Positions 8,022 to 15,704 of a stretch of 64,000 nt of DNA are shown one piece after another. The stretch comes from Desulfobacteraceae bacterium UBA2156 (GTDB lineage: Bacteria > Desulfobacterota > Desulfobacteria > Desulfobacterales > UBA2156). How positions within the stretch are numbered: position 1 is the stretch's first letter; every line of letters starts with the position of its first letter. The stretch is taken from assembly GCA_002328165.1 (NCBI GenBank), contig DCWS01000077.1, positions 1,624 through 65,623 of the forward strand, in the 5' to 3' direction. Position numbers and translations under genes: made by a program. Under the pieces are notes generated by a model. That model did no database searches, was not told where the DNA came from, and saw nothing but the letters and a program-made list of their open reading frames with translations.

Positions 8022-8872
8022 TGGAAACAATTGAAAAAATTGGCTGGATGCTAAATCAACCCGAACGGTGGGATTTTTCAGGAACGGAAAATCTGTACGC
8101 GGGTGTTGATCTTGGTACCTACAAAACCATCGTTATTGTGGTCGATGAGAAGGGAACGCCGCGTGCAGCAAACCTGCGTAAGGCTGAAGTGGTGCGGAGC
8201 GGGCTGATCGTCGATTATATAAGTGCCCTGGATATTGTCCGAGAGCTGATGGATGAGATCAGAAACTGCAGCCCCCAGAAGATAAATAAAGGAGCCACCT
8301 CATTTCCACCGCAAACCGAAACCGCCAATATCAACACTACAAAATATATACTCGAAAGTGTTGATCTAGAGGTCCTCAGGGTACTGGATGAACCGACAGC
8401 CGCAAGATTCGCACTCAATATGAGGGATGGGGCCATAGTCGATGTGGGTGGTGGCACAACCGGAGTGGCGGTCATAAGGGATGGTGAAGTCATTTATACC
8501 AATGACGAGGCGACCGGAGGAGAGCATCTGTCGCTGGTTTTGGCCGGACATCTGAATATCAGTTATGAGGAGGCCGATCAGATCAAGTTGAAAAAGGAAA
8601 ATACGCAACAGATACTTTCCATCGTTCAACCGGTCATCGATAAAATATCAAGCATTGTCGGGTCCTTTTTGAATAATTTTACCGGAATCGACACAATTTA
8701 TCTGGCAGGTGGAACATGCGAGCTTGATGGGCTAGCTGAAATTGTTTCTAAAAACCTAAACCTTGTGACCTTCCGGCCAAAGGCGCCGCAATTCATTACC
8801 CCTTTCGGCATTGCCCTTTCATGTCTTAAAACAAATGGACATGATGCTGAGGTAGGAAAATGGCCAATCTGA
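8021..8872 (+). CDS. EutJ-like actin/Hsp70-fold chaperone
   Basis: 283 aa. GVDLGTYKT, VLDEPTAA and IVDVGGGTTGVAV sugar-kinase/Hsp70 ATPase motifs. TAATG overlap with the BMC-T gene. Confidence 0.75.
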   Translation: METIEKIGWMLNQPERWDFSGTENLYAGVDLGTYKTIVIVVDEKGTPRAANLRKAEVVRSGLIVDYISALDIVRELMDEIRNCSPQKINKGATSFPPQTETANINTTKYILESVDLEVLRVLDEPTAARFALNMRDGAIVDVGGGTTGVAVIRDGEVIYTNDEATGGEHLSLVLAGHLNISYEEADQIKLKKENTQQILSIVQPVIDKISSIVGSFLNNFTGIDTIYLAGGTCELDGLAEIVSKNLNLVTFRPKAPQFITPFGIALSCLKTNGHDAEVGKWPI

Positions 8873-9663
8873 AAAAAGAAGAAATCAGACGATTTGTCCT
8901 TGATGTCTTAAAAGAGATGGGATCAACCGGAAAGAAGGAAACAAAATCGGTTTCAACGTATTCAAAGGGACCCTATGTATTCTGCATCTTCCACGCCGGT
9001 GTTCGTAAACTGGACACGGCGTTGAAACAGGTCCAACTGATTGGAGAACAGGCGGTTAAGTGTGGAATATACACGGGTGAGTCTGCTCGGGGTCGGGTTT
9101 GCGGGGGTGATGTCAGGGAGAAAGCAGGGACGCGCTGTATTCTTGATAATGTAAAGACAGACGGGTTGAATAAGGTTTTGGAAAGGGCGGATCTATTGGT
9201 ACTTCCCACCTTTTGTCTCAGGGTGGCTGCAAAAGTGGCCAATCTGATATGTGATGATCCTGAATCGAGTCTCGTTCTTTCTGCTCTGCTGCAGGGGAAA
9301 AGGATTTTGGCGACCCGAGACAGCTTCCTGGTCTGTGACATTCTGGTCAATGCGAGGCTAAAAAAAGAAATAGACAATATTTTGGAGAAACTGCAAAGTT
9401 TTGGAATGGTTTTCTGTGAAACCGGGCAGTTGAACGAGATGTTCCAGCAGTTGATCGTTGAACAGAAAAATACCGAGGGCGCTGAAGATAAAGCACCTCT
9501 AACGGAAGTGGCTGCTTCTACGGTAAAATTTATCAACGCAAAAGATGTTTACGCAGCTGTCGATCAAAAGAAGCATACCCTTGCGCTTTCTCCCGGCGGC
9601 ATTGTAACCCCCTTGGCGAAAGATCTGGCAAAGGAGTATTCAATCAAGATTGTTAAGACCTGA
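8860..9663 (+). CDS. BMC-associated protein with flavoprotein-like (CoaC/EpiD-fold-like) core, an N-terminal amphipathic helix and a C-terminal ~45-aa domain shared with the 10741 ORF
   Basis: 267 aa. ADLLVLPTFCLRVAAKVANLICDD...LLQGKRIL resembles the Flavoprotein family. The N-terminus EEIRRFVLDVLKEM is encapsulation-peptide-like. Function unknown. Confidence 0.45.
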   Translation: MANLKKEEIRRFVLDVLKEMGSTGKKETKSVSTYSKGPYVFCIFHAGVRKLDTALKQVQLIGEQAVKCGIYTGESARGRVCGGDVREKAGTRCILDNVKTDGLNKVLERADLLVLPTFCLRVAAKVANLICDDPESSLVLSALLQGKRILATRDSFLVCDILVNARLKKEIDNILEKLQSFGMVFCETGQLNEMFQQLIVEQKNTEGAEDKAPLTEVAASTVKFINAKDVYAAVDQKKHTLALSPGGIVTPLAKDLAKEYSIKIVKT

Positions 9664-9749
9664 TCAATCATGCGATCGGTATTTCCCATCAAAAAAGAAG
9701 CATTAGAAAAAAACCTTTGGTTAAAATTTCACATCAGGGAGACATATTT

Positions 9750-10367
9750 ATGGCTGAACTGAGGGCCTTTTGTCATTTGGATCGGATGCAACCACAGTTT
9801 GCATCTTTATTTGCGTCCCGCTGCCGCGGTTTCCTCTCCGTGGAGGGTATGGCCTCTTTATTTGTGGAGGTGGTCCCCGGCATTGAAATCAATCGCTTAA
9901 CTGATATTGCCCTAAAAATTACAGGTTCTCTCCCGGGTGAGATGATTGTTGAGCGTCGTTACGGGATGCTGGAAATCCATTCCTTTGAGCAGGAAGAAGT
10001 GCTTCACGCCGGTCAGATGATTTTGGATGAACTGGATTTAAAAGTAGAAAATCGACTGGCGCCGGCTATTTTAACAACCAGCGTAATCAACAAGGTTGAT
10101 CCGTATCAGGCGGTGATTATCAACCGCAACAGCAGTGGAATGCTCATTTTAGGGGGTGATGATGTTTACCTTCTAGAAGTTACACCGGCTGCCTATTCTT
10201 CCATCGCAGCCAACGAAGCGGAAAAACACTGCAATATACGACTGGTTGATATCCGGTTCTTTGGAGCTGCCGGGCGGGTCTACATGGCAGGAAGCGAATC
10301 CGAAATTCAGGCAGCGGCAAAAAAAGTGGTTGACACCTTAACCGGTCTTGAGGGGAGAAACCAATGA
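9750..10367 (+). CDS. BMC-T tandem permuted shell protein, CcmP/CsoS1D-like (double-stacking type), paralog 1
   Basis: MAELRAFCHLDRMQPQF...VEVVPGIEINRLTDIALK...VERRYGMLEIH...AANEAEK...FGAAGRVYMAG matches the remembered CcmP sequence pattern along its whole length. ATG 9750 with RBS agggaga. Confidence 0.7.
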   Translation: MAELRAFCHLDRMQPQFASLFASRCRGFLSVEGMASLFVEVVPGIEINRLTDIALKITGSLPGEMIVERRYGMLEIHSFEQEEVLHAGQMILDELDLKVENRLAPAILTTSVINKVDPYQAVIINRNSSGMLILGGDDVYLLEVTPAAYSSIAANEAEKHCNIRLVDIRFFGAAGRVYMAGSESEIQAAAKKVVDTLTGLEGRNQ

Positions 10368-10383
10368 TTGGAGGATTTAACCG

Positions 10384-10740
10384 ATGCAACAGGCTTTGGG
10401 ATTGATTGAAACAAGAGGGCTGGTGGCTGCCATTGAGGCTGCAGACGCGATGGTTAAAGCTGCCAACGTCAAACTGTTGGGCCGTCAGAAAGTCAAAGGC
10501 GGATTGGTATCTGTCATGATTTCCGGGGATGTGGGTGCTGTTAAAGCAGCTGTCGATGCAGGCTCGGCAGCATGCGGGAAGGTGGGTGAGCTTGTTTCTA
10601 TCCATGTCATCCCCAGGCCGAGAGACGATATTGAGCATATTATTCCTAAAGGACCGCCAGAGGAAAAGCCGGCGGATAAGAAAAAAACACCAGCTCGGAA
10701 GCGGAAACCAAAAAAACATCATAAAAGTCAGGGGAAGTAA
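10384..10740 (+). CDS. BMC-H shell protein with ~30-aa lysine/arginine-rich C-terminal tail
   Basis: 118 aa. Canonical BMC domain ([24 protein letters not shown]...[11 protein letters not shown]...IHVIPRP), then [28 protein letters not shown]. Confidence 0.9.
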   Translation: MQQALGLIETRGLVAAIEAADAMVKAANVKLLGRQKVKGGLVSVMISGDVGAVKAAVDAGSAACGKVGELVSIHVIPRPRDDIEHIIPKGPPEEKPADKKKTPARKRKPKKHHKSQGK

Positions 10741-11331
10741 GTGGCACCTGTTTTTATATTCATCGAAGATATCCAGAAGGCTCTAGATTCGGACAAAAAG
10801 GAAATCATGATCCCCCGGGAGACGAGAATTTCAGCGGCAGCCTTCGATCTGATTAAGGGCAATGACATCCGGATTCGTTTTGTTGGCGATCAAAAGGATG
10901 ATGCTTTAAAAGCGCCTGTCGATCCGACGCAGGAGACGCAGGCATCTCCTGCTGTTGGCCGGATATCAGATGGAGAACTGGAAAAAGTTGTCGACCTAGT
11001 TATCAGCCGAATCAAAGGGGCCAAGAGTCAAGAATCCTCTGAAACCGTGAAAAAAGAAAACGGACCTACGGATGACGACCTGGTGATTTGCCGGTGCGAG
11101 GAGATTACCAAGGGAGAGATCAAGGAAGTGATCAAAAATGGGATAAAGACCCCAAATGGTATCAAGCGTATTACCCGGGCGGGGATGGGGCTTTGTCAAG
11201 GACAGACATGCCAGCGGTTGGTGACGCAGATTCTGGCCACCGGGCTCGGTATCAATCCGACTGAGATTAAACCGACGACAGGACGGGCGCCGGTCAGACC
11301 GGTTTCTTTTTCGGCTTTTTCGACTGGATAA
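10741..11331 (+). CDS. BFD-like [2Fe-2S] protein with N-terminal ~45-aa domain and an internal amphipathic helix
   Basis: 196 aa. C-terminal ICRCEEITKGEI...GMGLCQGQTCQ is the Fer2_BFD motif found in HcnB/OoxA-type enzymes. The N-terminus aligns to the C-terminus of the 8860 ORF. GTG start directly after the preceding stop. Confidence 0.6.
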   Translation: MAPVFIFIEDIQKALDSDKKEIMIPRETRISAAAFDLIKGNDIRIRFVGDQKDDALKAPVDPTQETQASPAVGRISDGELEKVVDLVISRIKGAKSQESSETVKKENGPTDDDLVICRCEEITKGEIKEVIKNGIKTPNGIKRITRAGMGLCQGQTCQRLVTQILATGLGINPTEIKPTTGRAPVRPVSFSAFSTG

Positions 11332-11375
11332 TGCAAAAGATATTTCAACATTCCCCATAAACAACGGGAGAACAG

Positions 11376-12581
11376 ATGCCCAATAAAGCAGATGTGGTCA
11401 TTATCGGCGGTGGTGTTACGGGGAACGCCATTGCATATAACTTGGCCAAAGAAGGACTAAAACCAGTCGTTATCGAGAAGTCGGACATCGGAGGAGAAGC
11501 CTCCGGTAGCACTGGTGGCGGTGTCCGCCAGTCGGCTCGAAATCTGAAAGAGATGCCTATGGCCATGGAAAGCATTCGCTTATATGGCCAACTCCATGAA
11601 GAATTGGGCATGGATGTTGAGTATGTCAGGGAAGGGAACCTTCGATTATGTACCAGTGAAGAAGAATTAGAGACCATGCGCACCTCTGTTGAAAATCAGA
11701 AATCGGTCGGGCTCAATCTTGAGATGATAGACCGAAAACAGATTCTGAAAATCAACCCCTTTGTGGGCGAAAAAGTAATCGGTGCCGGCTACTGCCCCAC
11801 AGATGGCCATGTGAACCCCTTCCTAGTCACCTATGCTTTTTTTAAAAAAGCAAAAAGTCTTGGCGCATTGTACCACACCCATGAGGAAGTGACCGACATA
11901 AGACTGAGGAGGGGTAAAGTGGTTGCGGTCATTACCGATAAACAGGAGGTTGAAACTGATCTGGTGGTCAACGCCGCAGGGATAACCGGGCGAAAGGTCG
12001 CAAATATGGTTGGGATCGATCTGCCGATGCGGCCGGTTTTTACCGAGGCTTTGATAACCGAACCTTACCCACCTTTTTTTAAACAGATGATCGGACATGC
12101 CAAAGGACTTTTTTACGGCCGCCAAACGGTTCATGGCCCCTTTCTTTGGGGTGGCTTTGTTGGCACCGAAACGTTTATCCACCAGGGAGGCAAGCCACTC
12201 TTCCACTTTATCGGTCCCGCCATTTCCCGGATGGTGATTGACTTTTTTCCCATTCTTAAAGATTTCCATGTCATTCGCACATGGTCCGGACTCATCGCTC
12301 AGATGTCTGACGGAATACCGGTTCTTGGCCTGGTTGATGAAGTCCCCGGGTTTGTGTTTGCGACAGGATTCAGCGGGCACGGTTTTGGACTGGCTCCTGT
12401 AATCGGCCGGCTCATTTCAGAATTAATTATGGATTGCGAAGCTTCTATTCCGATAAATGACTTCTGTTATTCACGGTTTTACAGAGGCGGTGATCACGAA
12501 TGCGCTTGTAAAGGAAACGCGGCCTGTACAACAGTTACCGCCATCTGTCCCAACAAAAGGGAATGGCTGAAAAGTATATGA
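11376..12581 (+). CDS. FAD-dependent oxidoreductase, DAO family (SoxB/HcnC/OoxB/LhpB/proline-dehydrogenase beta-like catalytic subunit)
   Basis: 401 aa. DVVIIGGGVTGNAIAYNLAK dinucleotide fold, GYCPTDGHVNP, and the GFSGHGFGLAPVIG C-terminal motif typical of sarcosine-oxidase-beta-like enzymes. Cys-rich C-terminal tail. Confidence 0.8.
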   Translation: MPNKADVVIIGGGVTGNAIAYNLAKEGLKPVVIEKSDIGGEASGSTGGGVRQSARNLKEMPMAMESIRLYGQLHEELGMDVEYVREGNLRLCTSEEELETMRTSVENQKSVGLNLEMIDRKQILKINPFVGEKVIGAGYCPTDGHVNPFLVTYAFFKKAKSLGALYHTHEEVTDIRLRRGKVVAVITDKQEVETDLVVNAAGITGRKVANMVGIDLPMRPVFTEALITEPYPPFFKQMIGHAKGLFYGRQTVHGPFLWGGFVGTETFIHQGGKPLFHFIGPAISRMVIDFFPILKDFHVIRTWSGLIAQMSDGIPVLGLVDEVPGFVFATGFSGHGFGLAPVIGRLISELIMDCEASIPINDFCYSRFYRGGDHECACKGNAACTTVTAICPNKREWLKSI

Positions 12582-12595
12582 AAAGATGAGGGATT

Positions 12596-13207
12596 ATGGT
12601 CGAACTCAGGGCTTTTTCCTATATGGATGAATTGCAAAAACAGTTTGTCGGTTACATCAGCACAACTGCCCGTGGGTATTATCCGGTTGCCGGCCAGGCG
12701 GCATTATTTTTAGAAATTGCCCCTGGAATCGAGATCAATTCACTTACGGATGTACTCATGAAAAAAGCGAACGTTCGACCCGGTGCCATGGTCGTGGAAA
12801 GGATCTTTGGCATGTTGGAAGTGCATGCGGATTCCCCGGCGGACGTTCATATGGCAGGTGAAGTGGCATTGGATTACTTGGGACTAAAGGAAGGCGACAG
12901 GCTAAAACCAAAAATATTGGCGACCGAAACCATAGAAAGAATAGAGCCCTATATGAGTCAGATCGTCAACCGCTTTCGGGACGCCAGCATGGTTTTATCA
13001 GATGAAACTCTTTATATCTTAGAATGTGTTCCAGCCGGGTATGCTGGATATGCGGCCAATGAGGCTGAAAAAAAAGCCGATATCAAGTTGATCCACCTCA
13101 CTGTCTTTGGTGCCACCGGCCGGGTCTATTTGGCCGGAACCACCTCCAACATTCAAGCAGCGAAAGAGGTGGCAGAAAGTTCTTTATTGGCATTGGATGG
13201 CAGGTGA
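12596..13207 (+). CDS. BMC-T tandem permuted shell protein, CcmP/CsoS1D-like, paralog 2
   Basis: 203 aa. ELRAFSYMDELQKQF...LEIAPGIEINSLTD...VERIFGMLEVH...DRLKPKI...AANEAEKKA...FGATGRVYLAG. Clear paralog of 9750-10367. Confidence 0.7.
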   Translation: MVELRAFSYMDELQKQFVGYISTTARGYYPVAGQAALFLEIAPGIEINSLTDVLMKKANVRPGAMVVERIFGMLEVHADSPADVHMAGEVALDYLGLKEGDRLKPKILATETIERIEPYMSQIVNRFRDASMVLSDETLYILECVPAGYAGYAANEAEKKADIKLIHLTVFGATGRVYLAGTTSNIQAAKEVAESSLLALDGR

Positions 13208-13231
13208 AACCGATAAACTCTTTTTGATTTT

Positions 13232-14188
13232 TTGCTTATGAATTCAGCTAAAAAAGATTTATTTGATAAAATTGTCAGGGTCTACCCCAATCTTTCTCCC
13301 AAAAAGAAACGGGTAGCGGATTACATTATCAAAGATCATAAAAAGCTTTTTCTGATGACTGCCAGAGAGATTGCTCAGGAATGCCGGGTCAGTGAGCCAA
13401 CCATTATTCGGTTCACAAACGACCTCGGGTTTTCAGGATATCAGGGGTTTGTTCAGTACATGAAGGGACTCCTCCATATCGAATTGACGGCGGTTGAAAG
13501 ACTGATAAAGGCCAGCCAGCAGTCAGACCAAGCGGATACCCTCGACAAATATTGTCAAAATGCAATACGCAATCTTGAAAATTTACGAAGTTCGATCTCT
13601 AAAAAGGAGCTGAAAAGAGTTGCCAGGGTCATTCATAATGCTGAACAGGTATATGTTGTCGGGTATCGGGCATCGACCACATTGGCTTTTTATTTCGGTT
13701 ATCTCCTCGGTAAAATTCTCGAAAATGTCTTCCTGGATACATCCCTATCCTGGAAACTCATGGATAAAATCGCGCGAAATGGCAAATCAAGCGTTATGTT
13801 TGTTATCGCTTTCCCCAGATATCCGCTGAAAGTTATTCGCCTTCTGGAATATGCCAAAAGATATCGGGTAAAAATCATCGGTCTCAGCGATACACCAAAA
13901 TCCCCCATCATCGCGCTTTCTGATCAATATATTCTTATCGACCTTGAATCGGTGTCATTTATAGATCCTTTTGCCCATATAATTACATATCTTGGCGCCC
14001 TGATTCATGAAATTACTTTTTTAGATCAGCAGCAGGCCATGAAATATCTTTCCAGGTTTGACCATGCTGCAAAATCAGGGAAAGAATTCTTCACGGAAGA
14101 AAACGCTGATTTGGAAAAGAAGCAAAAATTCGATCATTCATATCTCACATCATTTTGGCCCGGTGATCACACACATCAACCGGGTTAG
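13232..14188 (+). CDS. RpiR/MurR-family transcriptional regulator (HTH + SIS domain)
   Basis: 318 aa. N-terminal LSPKKKRVADYIIKD...TAREIAQECRVSEPTIIRF HTH_6 pattern, followed by a SIS-like region (VYVVGYRAS...). Confidence 0.8.
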   Translation: MLMNSAKKDLFDKIVRVYPNLSPKKKRVADYIIKDHKKLFLMTAREIAQECRVSEPTIIRFTNDLGFSGYQGFVQYMKGLLHIELTAVERLIKASQQSDQADTLDKYCQNAIRNLENLRSSISKKELKRVARVIHNAEQVYVVGYRASTTLAFYFGYLLGKILENVFLDTSLSWKLMDKIARNGKSSVMFVIAFPRYPLKVIRLLEYAKRYRVKIIGLSDTPKSPIIALSDQYILIDLESVSFIDPFAHIITYLGALIHEITFLDQQQAMKYLSRFDHAAKSGKEFFTEENADLEKKQKFDHSYLTSFWPGDHTHQPG

Positions 14189-14218
14189 GAACAAGTGCTG
14201 AAACCCCGGGAGATCGGC

Positions 14219-15694
14219 ATGCGTCTTGATAAAGGACAAATCGAACAAATAGTTGAACAAGTCGTTAGATGTCTTCAGGCAGAAGGCCCCAAACGGTTGG
14301 ATTCTTTGAGAAACTCTACGGGATATAGCGGGATAGCAGATGGTGTCTTCCAGGACATGGAAGATTGTATCCAAGCCGCTTCCACCGCTCAAAAAAGACT
14401 GTTGGCTCTGCCGTTAACCGTTCGTCAGGAAATCATCCGAGCATTGCGCAGGGTTGGTATCTCCAATGCCGAAACGTATGCCCGACTGGAATTTGAAGAG
14501 ACGAGATTGGGCAAGCTTGAAGATAACGCGAAAAAAAATCTATCCGCATGCGAAGTCCCGGGCATGGAGGATCTTTCCCCTGAGGTCTATACCGGTGATA
14601 AAGGGGTAACCATAATTGAACGAATTCCTTTTGGTGTGATCGCTTCGATAAATCCAATAACCAACGGCTCACCGACGATCCTGCATAATGCTATCATGAT
14701 GTTATCTGGCGGCAACACAGTAGTGAATAACCCCCATCCCAAAACGTGGGGCGTGGCATCCAGGGTGATCAAGGATCTGAACAAAGCGGTCGTTGAGGCC
14801 GGTGGGCCACCGAACTCTATTTGCAGTCTTGAGGAACCATCGGTCGAGTCGGCCCAAAAGTTGATGACACATCCCGGTATAAGAATGATTGCGGTTACCG
14901 GCGGGCACGGGGTTGTGGCATTTGCCACCCAGACCGGAAAACGGGTTATTGCGGGCGGACCTGGGAATCCACCGGTGGTGGTCGATGAAACCGCTGACCT
15001 GAAACGGGCTGCAAAGTCTATCATCGAAGGAGCATCCTTCTCCAACTGTATTGCCTGCTCAAGTGAAAAAGAGATTTTTGTCGTTGAACCGGTGGCTGAC
15101 CGGCTGAAGGAACTGCTGAAGGATTACGGCGCCTTCGAGATCACAGCGGCACAGGGTGAAGAATTGATCAAACATATATTTACGGAAATCAAAGCACCCG
15201 GAGAACCGGGGCTCATCAACATGGATTTTATCGGCCGGTCACCCCGAACGATTTTAAAATCGATCGGTCTGGAAGTGGGTCCTGCCGTAAAGATAGCCAT
15301 TTTGGAAACCGATCGAAACCACCCCCTTGTTTGGACCGAACAGATCATGCCGGTTTTGCCGTTTATCCGTTGCCAGGATGCTGATGACGCCATAGGAGCA
15401 GCGATCGCCGCTGAACAGGGATACGGCCACACAATGGCCATTCATTCCAACAACCTGGAAAACATAAAAAAAATGGCCGGTATGGCCAAATGTGCCGCAT
15501 TTGTTAAAAATGGGTCCTGCGGTCTGGCAAGCGTTGGTGTTTCCGGAGAGGGGTATATCTCAATGCATATTGCGACCAACGGCGAAGGACAGACTCGACC
15601 AAGGACTTTTACCTTGATTAGACGCTGTGTCCTCTCAAACGATTTTCGATATCGTTTTGGGGCGGAGGTCCAGGGCCAATCGAAAACGGAATAG
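14219..15694 (+). CDS. CoA-acylating aldehyde dehydrogenase (PduP/EutE type) with N-terminal encapsulation-peptide-like helix, copy 1
   Basis: GGPGNPPVVVDETAD, catalytic-Cys region SFSNCIACSSEKE, and N-terminus MRLDKGQIEQIVEQVVRCL. ATG 14219 has a GGGAGA RBS and is preferred over GTG 14195. Confidence 0.85.
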   Translation: MRLDKGQIEQIVEQVVRCLQAEGPKRLDSLRNSTGYSGIADGVFQDMEDCIQAASTAQKRLLALPLTVRQEIIRALRRVGISNAETYARLEFEETRLGKLEDNAKKNLSACEVPGMEDLSPEVYTGDKGVTIIERIPFGVIASINPITNGSPTILHNAIMMLSGGNTVVNNPHPKTWGVASRVIKDLNKAVVEAGGPPNSICSLEEPSVESAQKLMTHPGIRMIAVTGGHGVVAFATQTGKRVIAGGPGNPPVVVDETADLKRAAKSIIEGASFSNCIACSSEKEIFVVEPVADRLKELLKDYGAFEITAAQGEELIKHIFTEIKAPGEPGLINMDFIGRSPRTILKSIGLEVGPAVKIAILETDRNHPLVWTEQIMPVLPFIRCQDADDAIGAAIAAEQGYGHTMAIHSNNLENIKKMAGMAKCAAFVKNGSCGLASVGVSGEGYISMHIATNGEGQTRPRTFTLIRRCVLSNDFRYRFGAEVQGQSKTE

Positions 15695-15704
15695 ATGGTA
15701 TGTT

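Noticed and set aside
6054-8872. Calling the locus a PDU or EUT operon because of PduS-, PduT- and EutJ-like genes
   Set aside because: These accessory genes are shared by many BMC types. The defining enzymes are absent from the window: PduCDE diol dehydratase, EutBC ammonia-lyase, their reactivases, adenosyltransferases and PduL.
8973-9536. 187-aa minus-strand ORF
   Set aside because: It is antisense to the 8860-9663 gene, has a Ser/Thr/Phe-rich low-complexity sequence, and has no independent support.
10180-10722. 180-aa minus-strand ORF spanning two shell genes
   Set aside because: It crosses the junction of two well-supported + strand BMC genes and has Arg/Pro/Cys-rich shadow composition.
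9750-13207. Carboxysome interpretation because of the CcmP/CsoS1D-like BMC-T proteins
   Set aside because: No RuBisCO, carbonic anhydrase, CsoS2/CcmM/CcmN or bicarbonate transporter genes are present. Acylating aldehyde dehydrogenases with targeting helices indicate a metabolosome.
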